A stretch of DNA of 64,000 nt, taken from assembly GCA_013792005.1 (NCBI GenBank), contig VMSU01000028.1, positions 104 through 64,103 of the forward strand. Reading direction: 5' to 3'. The stretch comes from Desulfobulbaceae bacterium. GTDB lineage: Bacteria; Desulfobacterota; Desulfobulbia; Desulfobulbales; VMSU01. Within the stretch, counting starts at the first letter, position 1, and every line of letters starts with the position of its first letter. The position numbers were made by a program, and so were the translations under genes. Below the pieces are notes generated by a model that saw only the letters and a program-made list of their open reading frames with translations, was not told where the DNA came from and ran no database searches. Below, piece by piece: positions 9,057 through 19,200 of this stretch.

Positions 9057-10241
9057 CTACAGACTTTCGCTCAGTTCCCGGTCCAGCAGATGGAGTTCGG
9101 TTTTGTCTGTGATGGCGCGATTCAGTTTTCCGTAGTCACGGGTATCGCCTAGCAAGATACAGCCGATGATCTGATTCTGATCAATGACGATTTTACGATA
9201 AGTGGTGTCGGTAACGGTGATTCGGCTCTCATGGCGCTGGTCGGCATCAATGTCTCCGATTGCCGCTAGATCAATGCCTGCGACCTTCAGCCGGTTGGCC
9301 ATAATGGTGCCGGAATAGATGGCTGTTTCGTAAGCCATAACGATGCCTGCGACCTTGCCCTGCTGCATGGCGGTTGGCCAGATCCCTGTTGGTGGTTGGC
9401 CGCCGAATTCGGCGACATCGCCAGCGGCAAAGACATCCTTGATGCTGGTCTCCATCCGTTCGTTCACCACAATTCCCTTGTCATGGGTAAGTCCCATAGA
9501 AACAGCAAGGTCCAGGTTTGGCCTGACCCCTGCCGAGATAATGACCATCTCGCAAGGCAGGGTCTCGCCGTCTTTAAGCGCTATCCCGGTAACACGTTCA
9601 TGTCCGATGATCTCTTTGGTTTGAGCGTCAAGTCTGAAGGAAAATCCTAGTTTTGTCTCCATCATCTCTTTGAGCCTTGATGCCCCTTGGTCGTCAAGCT
9701 GCCGGGGGAGGAGACGGGGGAAGAATTCTACCACCGTGACTTCTTTGCCGATTTTGCGGAGGGCCTGCCCTGTCTCAAGACCAAGGAGTCCGCCGCCGAT
9801 GACCACTACTTTGTTAGCTGTCGCCGCGTGTTCCTTAATGGACCGGGCATCGCTGATGTTGCGGAGAGTAAATACTCCTGGCGTATTAGCTCCTTGAATG
9901 GGCGGGACAAACGAGTGACTGCCGGTTGCGATCAACAGTCGGTCGTATGTAAGTGTCTGTTTAGTACTGGTGGTAACGGTTTTCGTCATTGGATCAACGC
10001 CGATGACACGGCACCGGGACATAAGGTTAATCCTTTGGTCATTATACCACTCCGGCTTCTGCGCGAGCAACCGCTCTTCGGTGACATCGCCTGAAAGGTA
10101 TTCAGGCAGTCTGATCCGGAAGTAGAAGGGCAGGTCCTCCTCGGTGATGATGGTAATGTCGCAGGAGTTATCTTTTTGTCTGATGGATTCAGCTGCGGTG
10201 GTGCCGGCAACGCCGTTGCCGATAATGAGATGGTGTGTCAT
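9057..10241 (-). CDS. NAD(P)/FAD-dependent pyridine nucleotide-disulfide family oxidoreductase (NirB N-terminal / rubredoxin reductase-like)
   Basis: Two Rossmann motifs 'IIGNGVAGTTAA' and 'VVVIGGGLLGLETG'. FAD motif 'AAGDVAEF'. AAGGAG RBS upstream of the ATG. Confidence 0.8.
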   Translation of the reverse strand: MTHHLIIGNGVAGTTAAESIRQKDNSCDITIITEEDLPFYFRIRLPEYLSGDVTEERLLAQKPEWYNDQRINLMSRCRVIGVDPMTKTVTTSTKQTLTYDRLLIATGSHSFVPPIQGANTPGVFTLRNISDARSIKEHAATANKVVVIGGGLLGLETGQALRKIGKEVTVVEFFPRLLPRQLDDQGASRLKEMMETKLGFSFRLDAQTKEIIGHERVTGIALKDGETLPCEMVIISAGVRPNLDLAVSMGLTHDKGIVVNERMETSIKDVFAAGDVAEFGGQPPTGIWPTAMQQGKVAGIVMAYETAIYSGTIMANRLKVAGIDLAAIGDIDADQRHESRITVTDTTYRKIVIDQNQIIGCILLGDTRDYGKLNRAITDKTELHLLDRELSESL

Positions 10242-10319
10242 CCGGGTGCTCCTTGGCTGAAGTAGAGTGGAAGTGGTCGATGGCCCGGTGCGGTAGACAG
10301 CTCTTGCGCACCGGTTTAA

Positions 10320-12125
10320 TCAATTTTCCGATGCAGCGTGGATTACTTGCAGGAATTGGTCTCCATAATGTTCAAGCTTATGGCGGCCAACTCCGTTGAT
10401 TAAGAGCATTGCCTCCCGGTCGGCAGGCCGGACGGCAGACATTTCGGCTAAGGTGGCGTCACTGAAGATAACAAAGGGAGGGACCCCTTCCTGGTCGGCC
10501 AGTCGTTTCCGTAACTCCCGCAGCCGGGCGAAGAGCGCTCGGTCGTAGATCAGTGGCGTGGTCTGTTTCTTGGTAGACGATTTTTTGGCCTCACTTGCTG
10601 GACGTGTCCTTGGTTTGGGCATGGTCAGGGCAATCTCGCCCTTGAGCAAGGGGCGGGCCGCATCGGTCAGGGTCAGGATCGAGAAGTTGTCCAGATCTTG
10701 TTTGAGATAGTCGTGGTGAATCAGGTAGCGGAGCAAGGCGCCCCAAAACTCCTGTGGTTTGTCTGTGCCGATTCCGTAAGTGGACAGGGTGTTGTGCCCG
10801 AGCTGAAGGATTCGTTGATTCTTTGAGCCACGGAGAACGTCAATGACGTGGCCGATGCCGAAGCGTTGGCCGACACGATAGACGCATGACAAGGCCTTGC
10901 GGGCCTCTTCAGTAACATCTATGGTCTCGGGCGGATTCAAGCAGATATCGCAATTGCCGCAATCAGCGTCCATGGTTGCGCCGAAATAGCTCAGCAGGAT
11001 GCGGCGGCGGCAGGTTTGGGCTTCAGCAAATCCGACCATGATGTTCAGCTTCTGATTCTCGATCCGTTTGCGTTCCTGGTTGGGGCTGTGCTCGATCAGG
11101 CTTCGGGCTATGGCAATATCGCCATAGCCAAACAACAACAGGGCCTCGGCCGGCATACTGTCACGTCCGGCTCGACCGGTTTCCTGATAATAACTTTCGA
11201 TGTTCTTGGGTAGGTCATAGTGAACCACGAAGCGGACATTGGACTTGTCAATGCCCATGCCAAAGGCCACTGTCGCCACCACGATCTGAATCTCATCGCG
11301 CTGAAAGGCGTCCTGGACATCCTGACGGCGGGCTGAGTTCAAGCCCGCATGATAGGCTTGAGCTTTGATCCCCGCCTTGTTCAGGTCGGCGGCCACTGAT
11401 TCAACGCGTTTGCGGCTCAAGGCGTAAACGATGCCGGCTTCGCCCTGTCTTGATTTTAAGAATTCGGTGAGCTGATTGGCAGGTTTGAGCTTATCGACCA
11501 CTGTGTAGCGGATATTTGGCCGGTCAAAGCCGGTGACGAAACACCGGGCGTTGGTCAACTTCAGCCCGGTAAGGATATCTTTCTGGGTGTGCGGTTCCGC
11601 CGTGGCGGTCAAGGCGATCATCGGTGGGCCGGGGAGGATGGTGCGAAGCCGTGACAGTTGACGATACTCCGGCCGAAAATCGTGTCCCCACTGGGAGATG
11701 CAATGGGCCTCGTCGATGGCGATCAAGGCGACTTCGATGCTCTGGATGCGTTCAAGGAAGGAGTCACTCATCAGCCGCTCCGGGGCGACATAAATCAGGT
11801 CAAGCTGACCTTCGTGCAGGCGGGCTAAGACCTGGCGTGCCTCGGTTGCCCCGAGCGACGAGTTGTAACAGGCCGCTCTGACTCCGGCCGCTGTCAAGGC
11901 ATCGACCTGGTCCTTCATCAACGAAATCAGTGGGGAGACGACAATAGCGACTCCTGGACGATGGAGGGCCGGGAGTTGATAGCACAGGGACTTTCCGCCG
12001 CCGGTCGGCATCAGCACAAAGAGGTCTTCGCCGTTGATAAGGGCGTCAACGATTTCCTGCTGTGACGGGCGGAACGAGGTATAGCCAAAGACCTCTTTCA
12101 GGCTTTCTAGGGGGGTATTGAACAT
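10320..12125 (-). CDS. recQ: ATP-dependent DNA helicase RecQ
   Basis: 'FGYTSFRPSQQEIV', Walker A 'MPTGGGKSLCYQLPAL', 'DEAHCISQWGHDFRPEY', zinc-binding 'CRRRILLSYFG..CGNCDIC', C-terminal HRDC-like region. Confidence 0.95.
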   Translation of the reverse strand: MFNTPLESLKEVFGYTSFRPSQQEIVDALINGEDLFVLMPTGGGKSLCYQLPALHRPGVAIVVSPLISLMKDQVDALTAAGVRAACYNSSLGATEARQVLARLHEGQLDLIYVAPERLMSDSFLERIQSIEVALIAIDEAHCISQWGHDFRPEYRQLSRLRTILPGPPMIALTATAEPHTQKDILTGLKLTNARCFVTGFDRPNIRYTVVDKLKPANQLTEFLKSRQGEAGIVYALSRKRVESVAADLNKAGIKAQAYHAGLNSARRQDVQDAFQRDEIQIVVATVAFGMGIDKSNVRFVVHYDLPKNIESYYQETGRAGRDSMPAEALLLFGYGDIAIARSLIEHSPNQERKRIENQKLNIMVGFAEAQTCRRRILLSYFGATMDADCGNCDICLNPPETIDVTEEARKALSCVYRVGQRFGIGHVIDVLRGSKNQRILQLGHNTLSTYGIGTDKPQEFWGALLRYLIHHDYLKQDLDNFSILTLTDAARPLLKGEIALTMPKPRTRPASEAKKSSTKKQTTPLIYDRALFARLRELRKRLADQEGVPPFVIFSDATLAEMSAVRPADREAMLLINGVGRHKLEHYGDQFLQVIHAASEN

Positions 12126-12156
12126 CGTGGGAATGTAGCAATCAGTCCCCGCGTCG

Positions 12157-12630
12157 TCAAGGATTATGTCCCTTTGGCAGCTCTCTTATTTCGGTAAACT
12201 CACTGGCCAGGCAGTGATAGATGTGTTTGCGGAACTCTGCCACTACCGGCAGGAGTTCGGGAAACGTTGTCCAGCGCCAGTTGATAAATTCCCCGGGAGA
12301 GGGCAGGGTAATCGCATCGTGTACGGGCAGGAAACGGAAGAGATACCACTGCTGGGTCTGGCCTCGACCGATTTTTAGAGACCGCCATTGCGTGGGTAGT
12401 TCGTATGAGAGAAGGTGCGGGTAGGGACGGATAAGGTGCAGCAGATCCGGGGTAATGCCTGTCTCTTCCTGAATCTCTCTGTACACTGAAGTGATCGGTT
12501 CTTCTTGGTCATCGATGCCCCCTTGCGGGAATTGCCAGGCTCCGACCGTGTCTGATCGTTCAAGGGCCAGCGCCATTCCTTTGGTGTTTACAATTACCGC
12601 GCCCACTCCGGCTCGAAAAAATTGACTCAT
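12157..12630 (-). CDS. rppH: RNA pyrophosphohydrolase (Nudix hydrolase RppH-type)
   Basis: Nudix box 'GGIDDQEEPITSVYREIQEETGI'. 'WQFPQGG' and 'GQTQQWYLFR' are typical of RppH. Confidence 0.85.
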   Translation of the reverse strand: MSQFFRAGVGAVIVNTKGMALALERSDTVGAWQFPQGGIDDQEEPITSVYREIQEETGITPDLLHLIRPYPHLLSYELPTQWRSLKIGRGQTQQWYLFRFLPVHDAITLPSPGEFINWRWTTFPELLPVVAEFRKHIYHCLASEFTEIRELPKGHNP

Positions 12631-12690
12631 GGTAGTTGCCTGTGAAAAAATGGTTGATGGTATTTGGGGCGGCAGTTGGAGACTTTAACT

Positions 12691-12900
12691 TTGATGATCT
12701 CGTAAAAAGGTAGCCGCTGGTTAAGCAGGTAAGCGAGCCTGCGAGACTCCGAAAGGGCCGATATACAAGGTGCGGGGTGTGTTTTGAGAGAGGTTGTACT
12801 ATGGGTATGCCAAGCGAACAAAACCACCACGCAATTCAGTTCAATCCCCGCTGGTGTCGGACGGGGACGCAGTAGATCGGACTTTTTGCGACGCCATCAA
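12691..12900 (-). repeat. MITE-like repeat family, copy C (one internal module plus a 35-nt hairpin insert)
   Basis: Left end 'ttgatgatctcgtaaaaagg' (degenerate). 'aagcaggtaagcgagcctgcgagactccgaaagggccgatatacaa'. Right end 'cggactttttgcgacgccatcaa', identical to the right end of copy D. Confidence 0.75.
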
Positions 12901-12915
12901 CTTTATCGTCACAGG

Positions 12916-12929
12916 TTGACTTAAGTCAA
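12916..12929. promoter_or_regulatory. Perfect 14-bp palindrome TTGACTTAAGTCAA, candidate CRP/FNR-family operator
   Basis: Fits TTGAC-N4-GTCAA (Dnr/HcpR/FNR-like half sites). Lies 109 nt upstream of the cupin ATG. A TACACT -10-like hexamer at 12952-12957 has class-II spacing. Confidence 0.45.
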
Positions 12930-13037
12930 TGGTTTTCACTGTATTTTTTCATACACTCAAATCATCAAACCTGATACGCTGACGTTACTGATGATATTTC
13001 ACGATTGATCAAAATGACCAAGACAAAGGAGGAAGCC

Positions 13038-13352
13038 ATGAAAAAGATTGAGCTGGGGCAGACCAATGAATTTAGTCCGATTTCGATCAGGAGTTTTGTG
13101 CTCCATGATTCTGAGTACTTCAAAATTATCAATTTCAATATCGGGGCAGGTCAATTGTTCCCTGTTCATTCCCATAAGATCGAGGGGCAGCTCAGCATGG
13201 TGGTCCTTGAAGGAGAGGGAGAATTCTTGGGCGAAAATTCATCGATCCCAGCCAAGGCCGGCGATATGCTGATTTCTGATATCAGCGACCCTCATGGGGT
13301 CAAAGCCAAAACTAATATGCGGATTATCGTAACCATCGCCCCGCCGATCTGA
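13038..13352 (+). CDS. Cupin domain protein
   Basis: ATG at 13038 preceded by 'aggagg'. Metal motif 'PVHSHKIEGQLSMVVLEGEGEF..GD'. Confidence 0.7.
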   Translation: MKKIELGQTNEFSPISIRSFVLHDSEYFKIINFNIGAGQLFPVHSHKIEGQLSMVVLEGEGEFLGENSSIPAKAGDMLISDISDPHGVKAKTNMRIIVTIAPPI

Positions 13353-13422
13353 TTTCAGATCTTTAGTGTCATGCTTACCCGAGAGAGAGAAATAGGAAAA
13401 TTAGGGATATAAGGAGAGCGCC

Positions 13423-14385
13423 ATGGAGAATTTTAGCCGTTGGGATGATTATTTGATCGCTGAGCATGAGCTGATTGAACGGAGTATGGCTATCCTCAAG
13501 CAATGTCTTGACGCCATTGAGTTGAGTGTCGAGGTAAATATTGTCCAGCTTGGACGGGCCATTGATTTCCTGCTTCAGTTTGGGGACAAGATTCATAATA
13601 CCAAAGAAGAGAAGTGTCTCTTTCCGTTGATGGAAAGGCACGGGGTGCCGGTCCAGGGTGGGCCGCTTGGGGTAATGCTCCAGGAACATGAGGCGGAGCG
13701 GGTTCTTTTGGCCGGGATGCAGGCGATACTCCCTACCTTTGCCGAACTTACCTTTGCCGAGCGGCTTCAATTCAAGGAGGAGGGCTTGGAGTACCTGAAG
13801 GTCAGGGCCGATCATATTTGGAAGGAGAATGATGTTCTGTACCCCATGGGCAGGAGGGCGCTGAGTGATGCTGATAACACCTCACTGATGGCCGAGTTCG
13901 CCCACATCAATCGGGAGACTTATGGTGACCAGGCATTTGTTCAGTTCCAAGCCATGGTGGATGAGCTTGAAAAGGGTGGACAGGGCGCCAAGAAATTGAT
14001 TGAAGGCTTGTCCTATAAGCAGCTTGACGCGATCATGGAGGCAATGCCCTTTGAGGTGACCTTTGTCGATGCCACTGATTCGGTAGCGTATTTTAATCGG
14101 TTGGATAAGGTGAAGATCTTCCCGCGAACGCGCTCGGTTATCGGTCGCCAGGTGGAGAAATGTCACCCGGAAAAGAGCGTGGACACGGTGAAAATAATTG
14201 TCTCCGGTTTTAAAAATAAGACCTTGGACAAGGCTGAATTCTGGATCGATTTCAAGGGTGAGAAGGTGCTTATCCGTTATTTCCCGGTGTACGACGATGA
14301 GGGTAAATACCTTGGGGTGCTTGAGGTTACCCAGGAGATCGGGGCCATCCAGAAACTGACCGGCCAGAAGCGTCTGCTCGATTAA
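13423..14385 (+). CDS. Hemerythrin-like / DUF438 / PAS domain protein
   Basis: N-terminal hemerythrin-type 'HELIERS..DKIHNTKEEKCLFPLM..MLQEHEAE'. C-terminal 'PFEVTFVDATDSVAYFNR..IFPRTRSVIGRQVEKCHPEKS' matches the DUF438-associated PAS fold as I recall it. Confidence 0.7.
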   Translation: MENFSRWDDYLIAEHELIERSMAILKQCLDAIELSVEVNIVQLGRAIDFLLQFGDKIHNTKEEKCLFPLMERHGVPVQGGPLGVMLQEHEAERVLLAGMQAILPTFAELTFAERLQFKEEGLEYLKVRADHIWKENDVLYPMGRRALSDADNTSLMAEFAHINRETYGDQAFVQFQAMVDELEKGGQGAKKLIEGLSYKQLDAIMEAMPFEVTFVDATDSVAYFNRLDKVKIFPRTRSVIGRQVEKCHPEKSVDTVKIIVSGFKNKTLDKAEFWIDFKGEKVLIRYFPVYDDEGKYLGVLEVTQEIGAIQKLTGQKRLLD

Positions 14386-14533
14386 CGGGTGGGGGAGTCC
14401 TGGTCCGGGTAAAGAAGACTAGGTTTTAAGTTGCGGAATTGCAATTTCCAGTCTATGTTCTTGAGCGGCCAGGGCAAAGGGCTAGGAGGATTTTTCCCCT
14501 TAAACGGCAACTGGTTTATTCCTTGGGGAGAGC

Positions 14534-14728
14534 ATGAAAATTCCAGTGATTGATATTGGCCTCTGTACTCAGTGTGAGGGGTGTTTGGCTGTTTGTCCGG
14601 AGGCTTTTCGTATGAATCAGGCAACATTCCTGATTGAGGTCGTTGATCTGGCCGAATATCCTGATGAGTGCGTGGATGAGGCGATTAAGATCTGTCCTGC
14701 AGATTGTATTGTCTGGGAAGAACGATGA
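14534..14728 (+). CDS. Small ferredoxin (single Fe-S cluster type)
   Basis: 'CTQCEGCLAVCPEAF' followed by 'DECVDEAIKICP', the Desulfovibrio-type 3Fe/4Fe ferredoxin pattern. Confidence 0.8.
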   Translation: MKIPVIDIGLCTQCEGCLAVCPEAFRMNQATFLIEVVDLAEYPDECVDEAIKICPADCIVWEER

Positions 14729-14816
14729 TTTCATTTGTCTTCGTTCTGACTGCAGGTGCAACTCCCGTCCGTCGAGTTGTTGGACGTTAGTTACCAAGTG
14801 ATAAGTCATTCAGTGC

Positions 14817-14904
14817 GGAGAGGTGCCAGAGTGGCCGAATGGGGCGGTCTCGAAAACCGTTGACCCTCCGGGGTCCGAGGGTTCGAATCCCTCCTTCTCC
14901 GCCA
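14817..14904 (+). tRNA. tRNA-Ser (anticodon CGA)
   Basis: 88 nt. Acceptor GGAGAGG/CTTCTCC (one G-U). Anticodon stem CGGT/ACCG with loop CTCGAAA. Long variable arm TGACCCTCCGGGGTC. T-loop GGTTCGAATCC. CCA is encoded. Confidence 0.9.
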
Positions 14905-15013
14905 TCGTTGATGGCCTTGACCCCTGGCTCGATATCAGTCCGAGACGTAAGTTTCGCTGTAATCATTTCTCTTTTCCGTAGCTTCCTCTTTTCGTTGCTT
15001 GTGTGACACCATC

Positions 15014-16279
15014 ATGCTTCGCGTCCTTCATACCTCAGACTGGCATCTCGGCCACAATCTCTTTCACCAGGACAGACGCTACGAACACAGCCAATTTTTG
15101 GATTGGCTGCTTGCGCTCCTTACTACCCACCAGATCGATGCCCTGATCATTGCCGGGGACATTTTCGATACCGTTGCCCCGTCCAATTATGCCCTTACCC
15201 TGTATTACGATTTTCTCCGCCGTTTAGTCAGTGATACGTCCTGCCGTCAGGCGGTGATTATTGGCGGTAATCACGACTCTGCCGCCAGTCTTCACGCCCC
15301 TCGTGAGTTGCTCAAGGTCTTTAATGTTCATGTGGTCGGCAGTCCTGACCTGGAGCAGCCGGCCAACGACCTTATTCTCCTTCACGACCCTGATGGCAAT
15401 CCCTGCGGCATGGTGGCAGCGGTCCCATTTCTGCGGGAGCGGGATATGCGCAGGGCCCATGCCGGGGAATCGTATGCAGATAAGAATCGTGCCTATCTTC
15501 AAGGTGTGGCTGCTCATTATGCCCAGGCCTGCTCGTTGGCGCGGGAGAGGATTGCACAACTTAGTGGCAGGGCTGATGGCTTGCCACTGATTGCTACCGG
15601 CCATCTATTTGCGGCTGGTGGCGAGGTGTCTGATGGCGAACGCGAGGTCTCTGTCGGTACCTTGGGTGGGATCTCGGCTTTCTCGATTGCCGCCGGATTC
15701 GACTACCTGGCCTTAGGGCACCTTCATAAACCGCAAACAGTTGCCGGTCCAGATCCGATCCGTTACTCCGGGTCACCAATCCCTTTGAGTTTTTCCGAGG
15801 CGGGAAGCAAAAAAACTGTGACCCTGCTCCATTTTGATGACCGGATGAAATCGCCCGATATTACTGAGATTCCAGTGCCACTATGGCAGCCAATGAAGAT
15901 TCTGCGCGGCGATTGGCCTGTGATCGAGACCTTCTTTGCCGGGAGGGACGGCACGGAAGATTTGCTCTGGCTTGAAATTCAACTGGAGACCGATATTTTA
16001 GGCGCCGGGGTTCAGGAGAGGGTGGCTGAACTGGCCGCGGGCAAGGCTTGTGATGTCTTGGCGACACGTAATTATCAACGTCTGTTGCCTCGGTTGATGG
16101 ATGGCGGTGATGAGTCGACGGAACTGTTGTCCGTGTTAACGCCCCAGGAGGTCTTTGCCCGACGCCTTGACTTGGTCGAGGAGTTGACGGGGGAGGAGCG
16201 CGAAGCGGTGGTAGCCCGCTACCGGCAGGTGGTTGATGCGGCCACTGTGGCGATGGAGGGCGCGGTTGATGAAGATTAA
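15014..16279 (+). CDS. sbcD: Exonuclease SbcCD, nuclease subunit SbcD
   Basis: 'VLHTSDWHLGH', 'IIAGDIFD', 'GGNHDS', 'ALGHLHKPQ' phosphoesterase motifs. ATG at 15014 chosen over the upstream alternative start. Confidence 0.9.
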   Translation: MLRVLHTSDWHLGHNLFHQDRRYEHSQFLDWLLALLTTHQIDALIIAGDIFDTVAPSNYALTLYYDFLRRLVSDTSCRQAVIIGGNHDSAASLHAPRELLKVFNVHVVGSPDLEQPANDLILLHDPDGNPCGMVAAVPFLRERDMRRAHAGESYADKNRAYLQGVAAHYAQACSLARERIAQLSGRADGLPLIATGHLFAAGGEVSDGEREVSVGTLGGISAFSIAAGFDYLALGHLHKPQTVAGPDPIRYSGSPIPLSFSEAGSKKTVTLLHFDDRMKSPDITEIPVPLWQPMKILRGDWPVIETFFAGRDGTEDLLWLEIQLETDILGAGVQERVAELAAGKACDVLATRNYQRLLPRLMDGGDESTELLSVLTPQEVFARRLDLVEELTGEEREAVVARYRQVVDAATVAMEGAVDED

Positions 16280-19200
16280 CGCCCTCACCCTGAAGAATCT
16301 TAACTCTCTGCGTGGTGAATTTCGTCTCGATTTTGACGCGCAGCCGTTGGCCGATGCCGGAATCTTTGCCATCACCGGTCCGACAGGAGCGGGGAAGACC
16401 ACCATTCTTGATGCCATCTGTGTGGCCCTCTACGGTCAGACCCCTCGGCTGCCCCCTGGCAGCAGCGCAGAGCTGTTGACCAGAAATACCGGCGAGTGTT
16501 TTGCCGAGGTTGAGTTCACGGTAGAGCAGGGCCGGTATCGCTCCCGGTGGTCTCGGCGCAAGGCTCGTGGCCGGGCTGAGGGCAATCTCCAGCCTACTGC
16601 CATGGAGTTGGTTGAGATCAGTCCGGAGGGTGAAGAACGGATTGTCGAGGAGCAGGTTCGTCAGGTGGTCGAGCGGGTTGAGTCCCTCACTGGTCTTGAT
16701 TTTTCCCGGTTCACCCGGTCGGTGCTGCTGGCTCAGGGTAGTTTTGCCTCATTCCTCAAAGCCAAGGACAATGAGCGGGCCGAACTTCTTGAGCGGATGA
16801 CTGGCACCCGTCTCTATTCATTGATCTCGGTTCAGGCGTTTAGTCGGGCTCGCGAGGAACGTCAGCGGCTCGATGAGATGATCGCCGTCAATGCCCATCT
16901 CAATGTCATGCCTTCGGAACAGTTGGTGGAACTGAGAGAGCGCAAGGTTACGATAGAGACTGAAATTATCACGGCAACCTCAGCCATCGCTGAGCAGCGG
17001 GATCAGGCGGCAACCGCGATTCGTTATCAGGATCTCATGGCCGCAATTAATGAAGCTGAGCAGTCCTTGGTTGTTGTGAATGCCGAGCAGACTGAAGCTA
17101 CGGCTTCTCTTGATCGATTGGCTCAGGCGGAACTGGCCCTGCCTCTGTTTTCTGATGTGCGGGCACTGGATGCCTTAGCTGAGCGACTAGACCGCCTTCG
17201 TGCCGAATCGCTTAAGCTTTCCGGGCAAAGTGAGGCGTTGCACAAGAGTGAGGAGGAAGCTCGTCAAGGTCGGCTGGTTCTTGATCAGGAGGTTGAGCGA
17301 TTTACTCAAACTGCAACAGTTCGGGAGGAGGCAATTCGTACGGCGGAAATGATGGATGAACAGATCCGTATTCATGGCGTGACCCGGATTTCTAAGCAAC
17401 AGGCTGTTGCCGTTGCTGATGCCACCATGTCCACCCTTCAGGCAGATGCCAAAAAACACCGTGACGCCTTGGCCGAAAGTCTTATCCGTCTTCAAACCAT
17501 TAACGCCATCCTGAGCGGGAGCGCCGCCGATGCCGGACTCGCTCACGATATCGGGATAATTGCCGCTACCCTGCGTGAACTTTCCGGGGGCAGACAGCGA
17601 TATGCCGCTAATCGTCGGGAGCAGGAGCGGCTCAGTGCCGGCATCGCCCGTCAACAAAAGGAGATTGACGGCTTACGCGTACGACAGGCTGCCGCCGGTC
17701 TTGAGATTACGGCCATCAGAAACCGTCTTGTCCAATGTGAGGATCGGTTGGCCGAGACCCTGCATGGGGGCTCCTGGGAGGATCTTGAAAGCGCACTGTC
17801 CGCAAATCGACAGCGCTTATCAGGGCTTGAGAGTGTGCTGGTTTTGGAAGCAGAGTATCAGAAGTTGGTCGCGGAGAGGAGAGTAAAGGAAGAACGTAAA
17901 AAGGGTATCATTGAGGGGCTTGGTTCCGATGGGATCAGGCGGCAACAGCTAGTCATGGATCAGAGTCAGGCTGAGCAGATTTTGTTGTTGATGGAAGAGA
18001 AGCAGCGTCTCGCCGCCCAAGTCGCAAAATATGAGGCCGACCGAAGGTGTTTGGCCGATGGTCACCCCTGTCCGCTCTGTGGGGCGGTGAGTCATCCATG
18101 GCAGGAAGGAGCCCCGGCCATGGATGAGAACAGGGTGGCCGTTACAGCCCAGCGGAAGAAGGTAGCTGCGCTGCTTGCCAACCTGGCAACCCTTGATGGC
18201 CGGATGCAGGAGCTTTCCGAACTGGCAAAGACTCTGGAACATGAGATTGCTGCTCTTATCGTTTCGCATGATCAACTGCGGGCTAGGCTGGTCCGGGAGA
18301 GGGCTGAGGTTGATCTCACTGCGGCCCATCTGACAGCTGAAATCAAAACGGATGTGGTCAAGGCTATTGCTTTGCAGCAGCAACGGTTGCTTGAAGCGCG
18401 CACGATTCAGGCAGAACGGGATGGGCTTATTCAACAGCTGCTGGTTGGCGAGAAGGCTGAATCTGCAGTGGTAGGTGAGCTGGAAAAATTGCTTGCCTTG
18501 ATTCAAGATCAGGGCACAGCTGTGCAACGCTTTCAGGAAGAGGATCAGGAACTCTGTGCGCGTGGAAAAGCACTGGGTTTGGAGCTTGAAGGGAGGCTCG
18601 CGATTTACGGAATTACCTTGCCCGCTCCAGGGCAGGAGGAGGCCACAGCCGAACTTTTACATCAGCGGTGGCAGCGATTCGATCAGGCCCGGCAGGATCG
18701 GAGTGTCATTGAGAGCCAGGCCCTTGAGGTCAAGCAAATTCTTTCCGTGCTGGCAACGCAAGAGGAGGGGCTTCGTGCTCGCAGGGAACAGGATCTGGCC
18801 GCAGTGACTGAAGTTACAACCACCATTGAGGCTTTAACCGTCCAACGGGTTGCGGTCCTGGGCAGTGAAACGGTGGCAGCTGCCAGGCGGCAGCTGACCG
18901 AAGCCTGGTCGGCGTATGCCGCGCGAATCAAGGAGAGTGACCGGATCATCTCCGAGCTTACAACTCACGCTGCTGCGGCGCTTGGGGCGTTTACAGAAAA
19001 TATCCAGCAGATGGAGCGGATGGCAGAGGAGTCGCAACGTTTCGGACAGGCACTTGATCAACGCCTGCACACCTCAGGTTTTGCTGACTTGACGACGTTG
19101 CGTCAGGCCCTTCTGCCAGAGGCTGAGTTGCAGTCATTACGAGGTGTGCGCGATGGTTTTGTTCTTCGCCGACAGCGCCTGGACGACCGGCTGCGAGAGG

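Noticed and set aside
8830-9135. ORFs lying in repeat copies (8830-9135, 12627-12830, 42325-42513) that share peptides such as 'SALSESRRLAYLL'
   Set aside because: The shared peptide is a by-product of the repeated DNA. The reading frames are not conserved between copies and lack starts or RBS.
12838-12876. tRNA-like 'GTTCAATCC' with a hairpin inside repeat copy C
   Set aside because: No acceptor, D or anticodon arms can be built. It is just a hairpin insert specific to this copy.
14905-15016. Repeat-end-like strings 'gttgatggcc' right after tRNA-Ser and 'gtgtgacaccatcatg' at the sbcD start; also 'ttgacgagattatcagg' at 19992-20008
   Set aside because: The matches are only 9-16 nt, with no adjoining family sequence. 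They could be chance or very old scars and cannot be supported.
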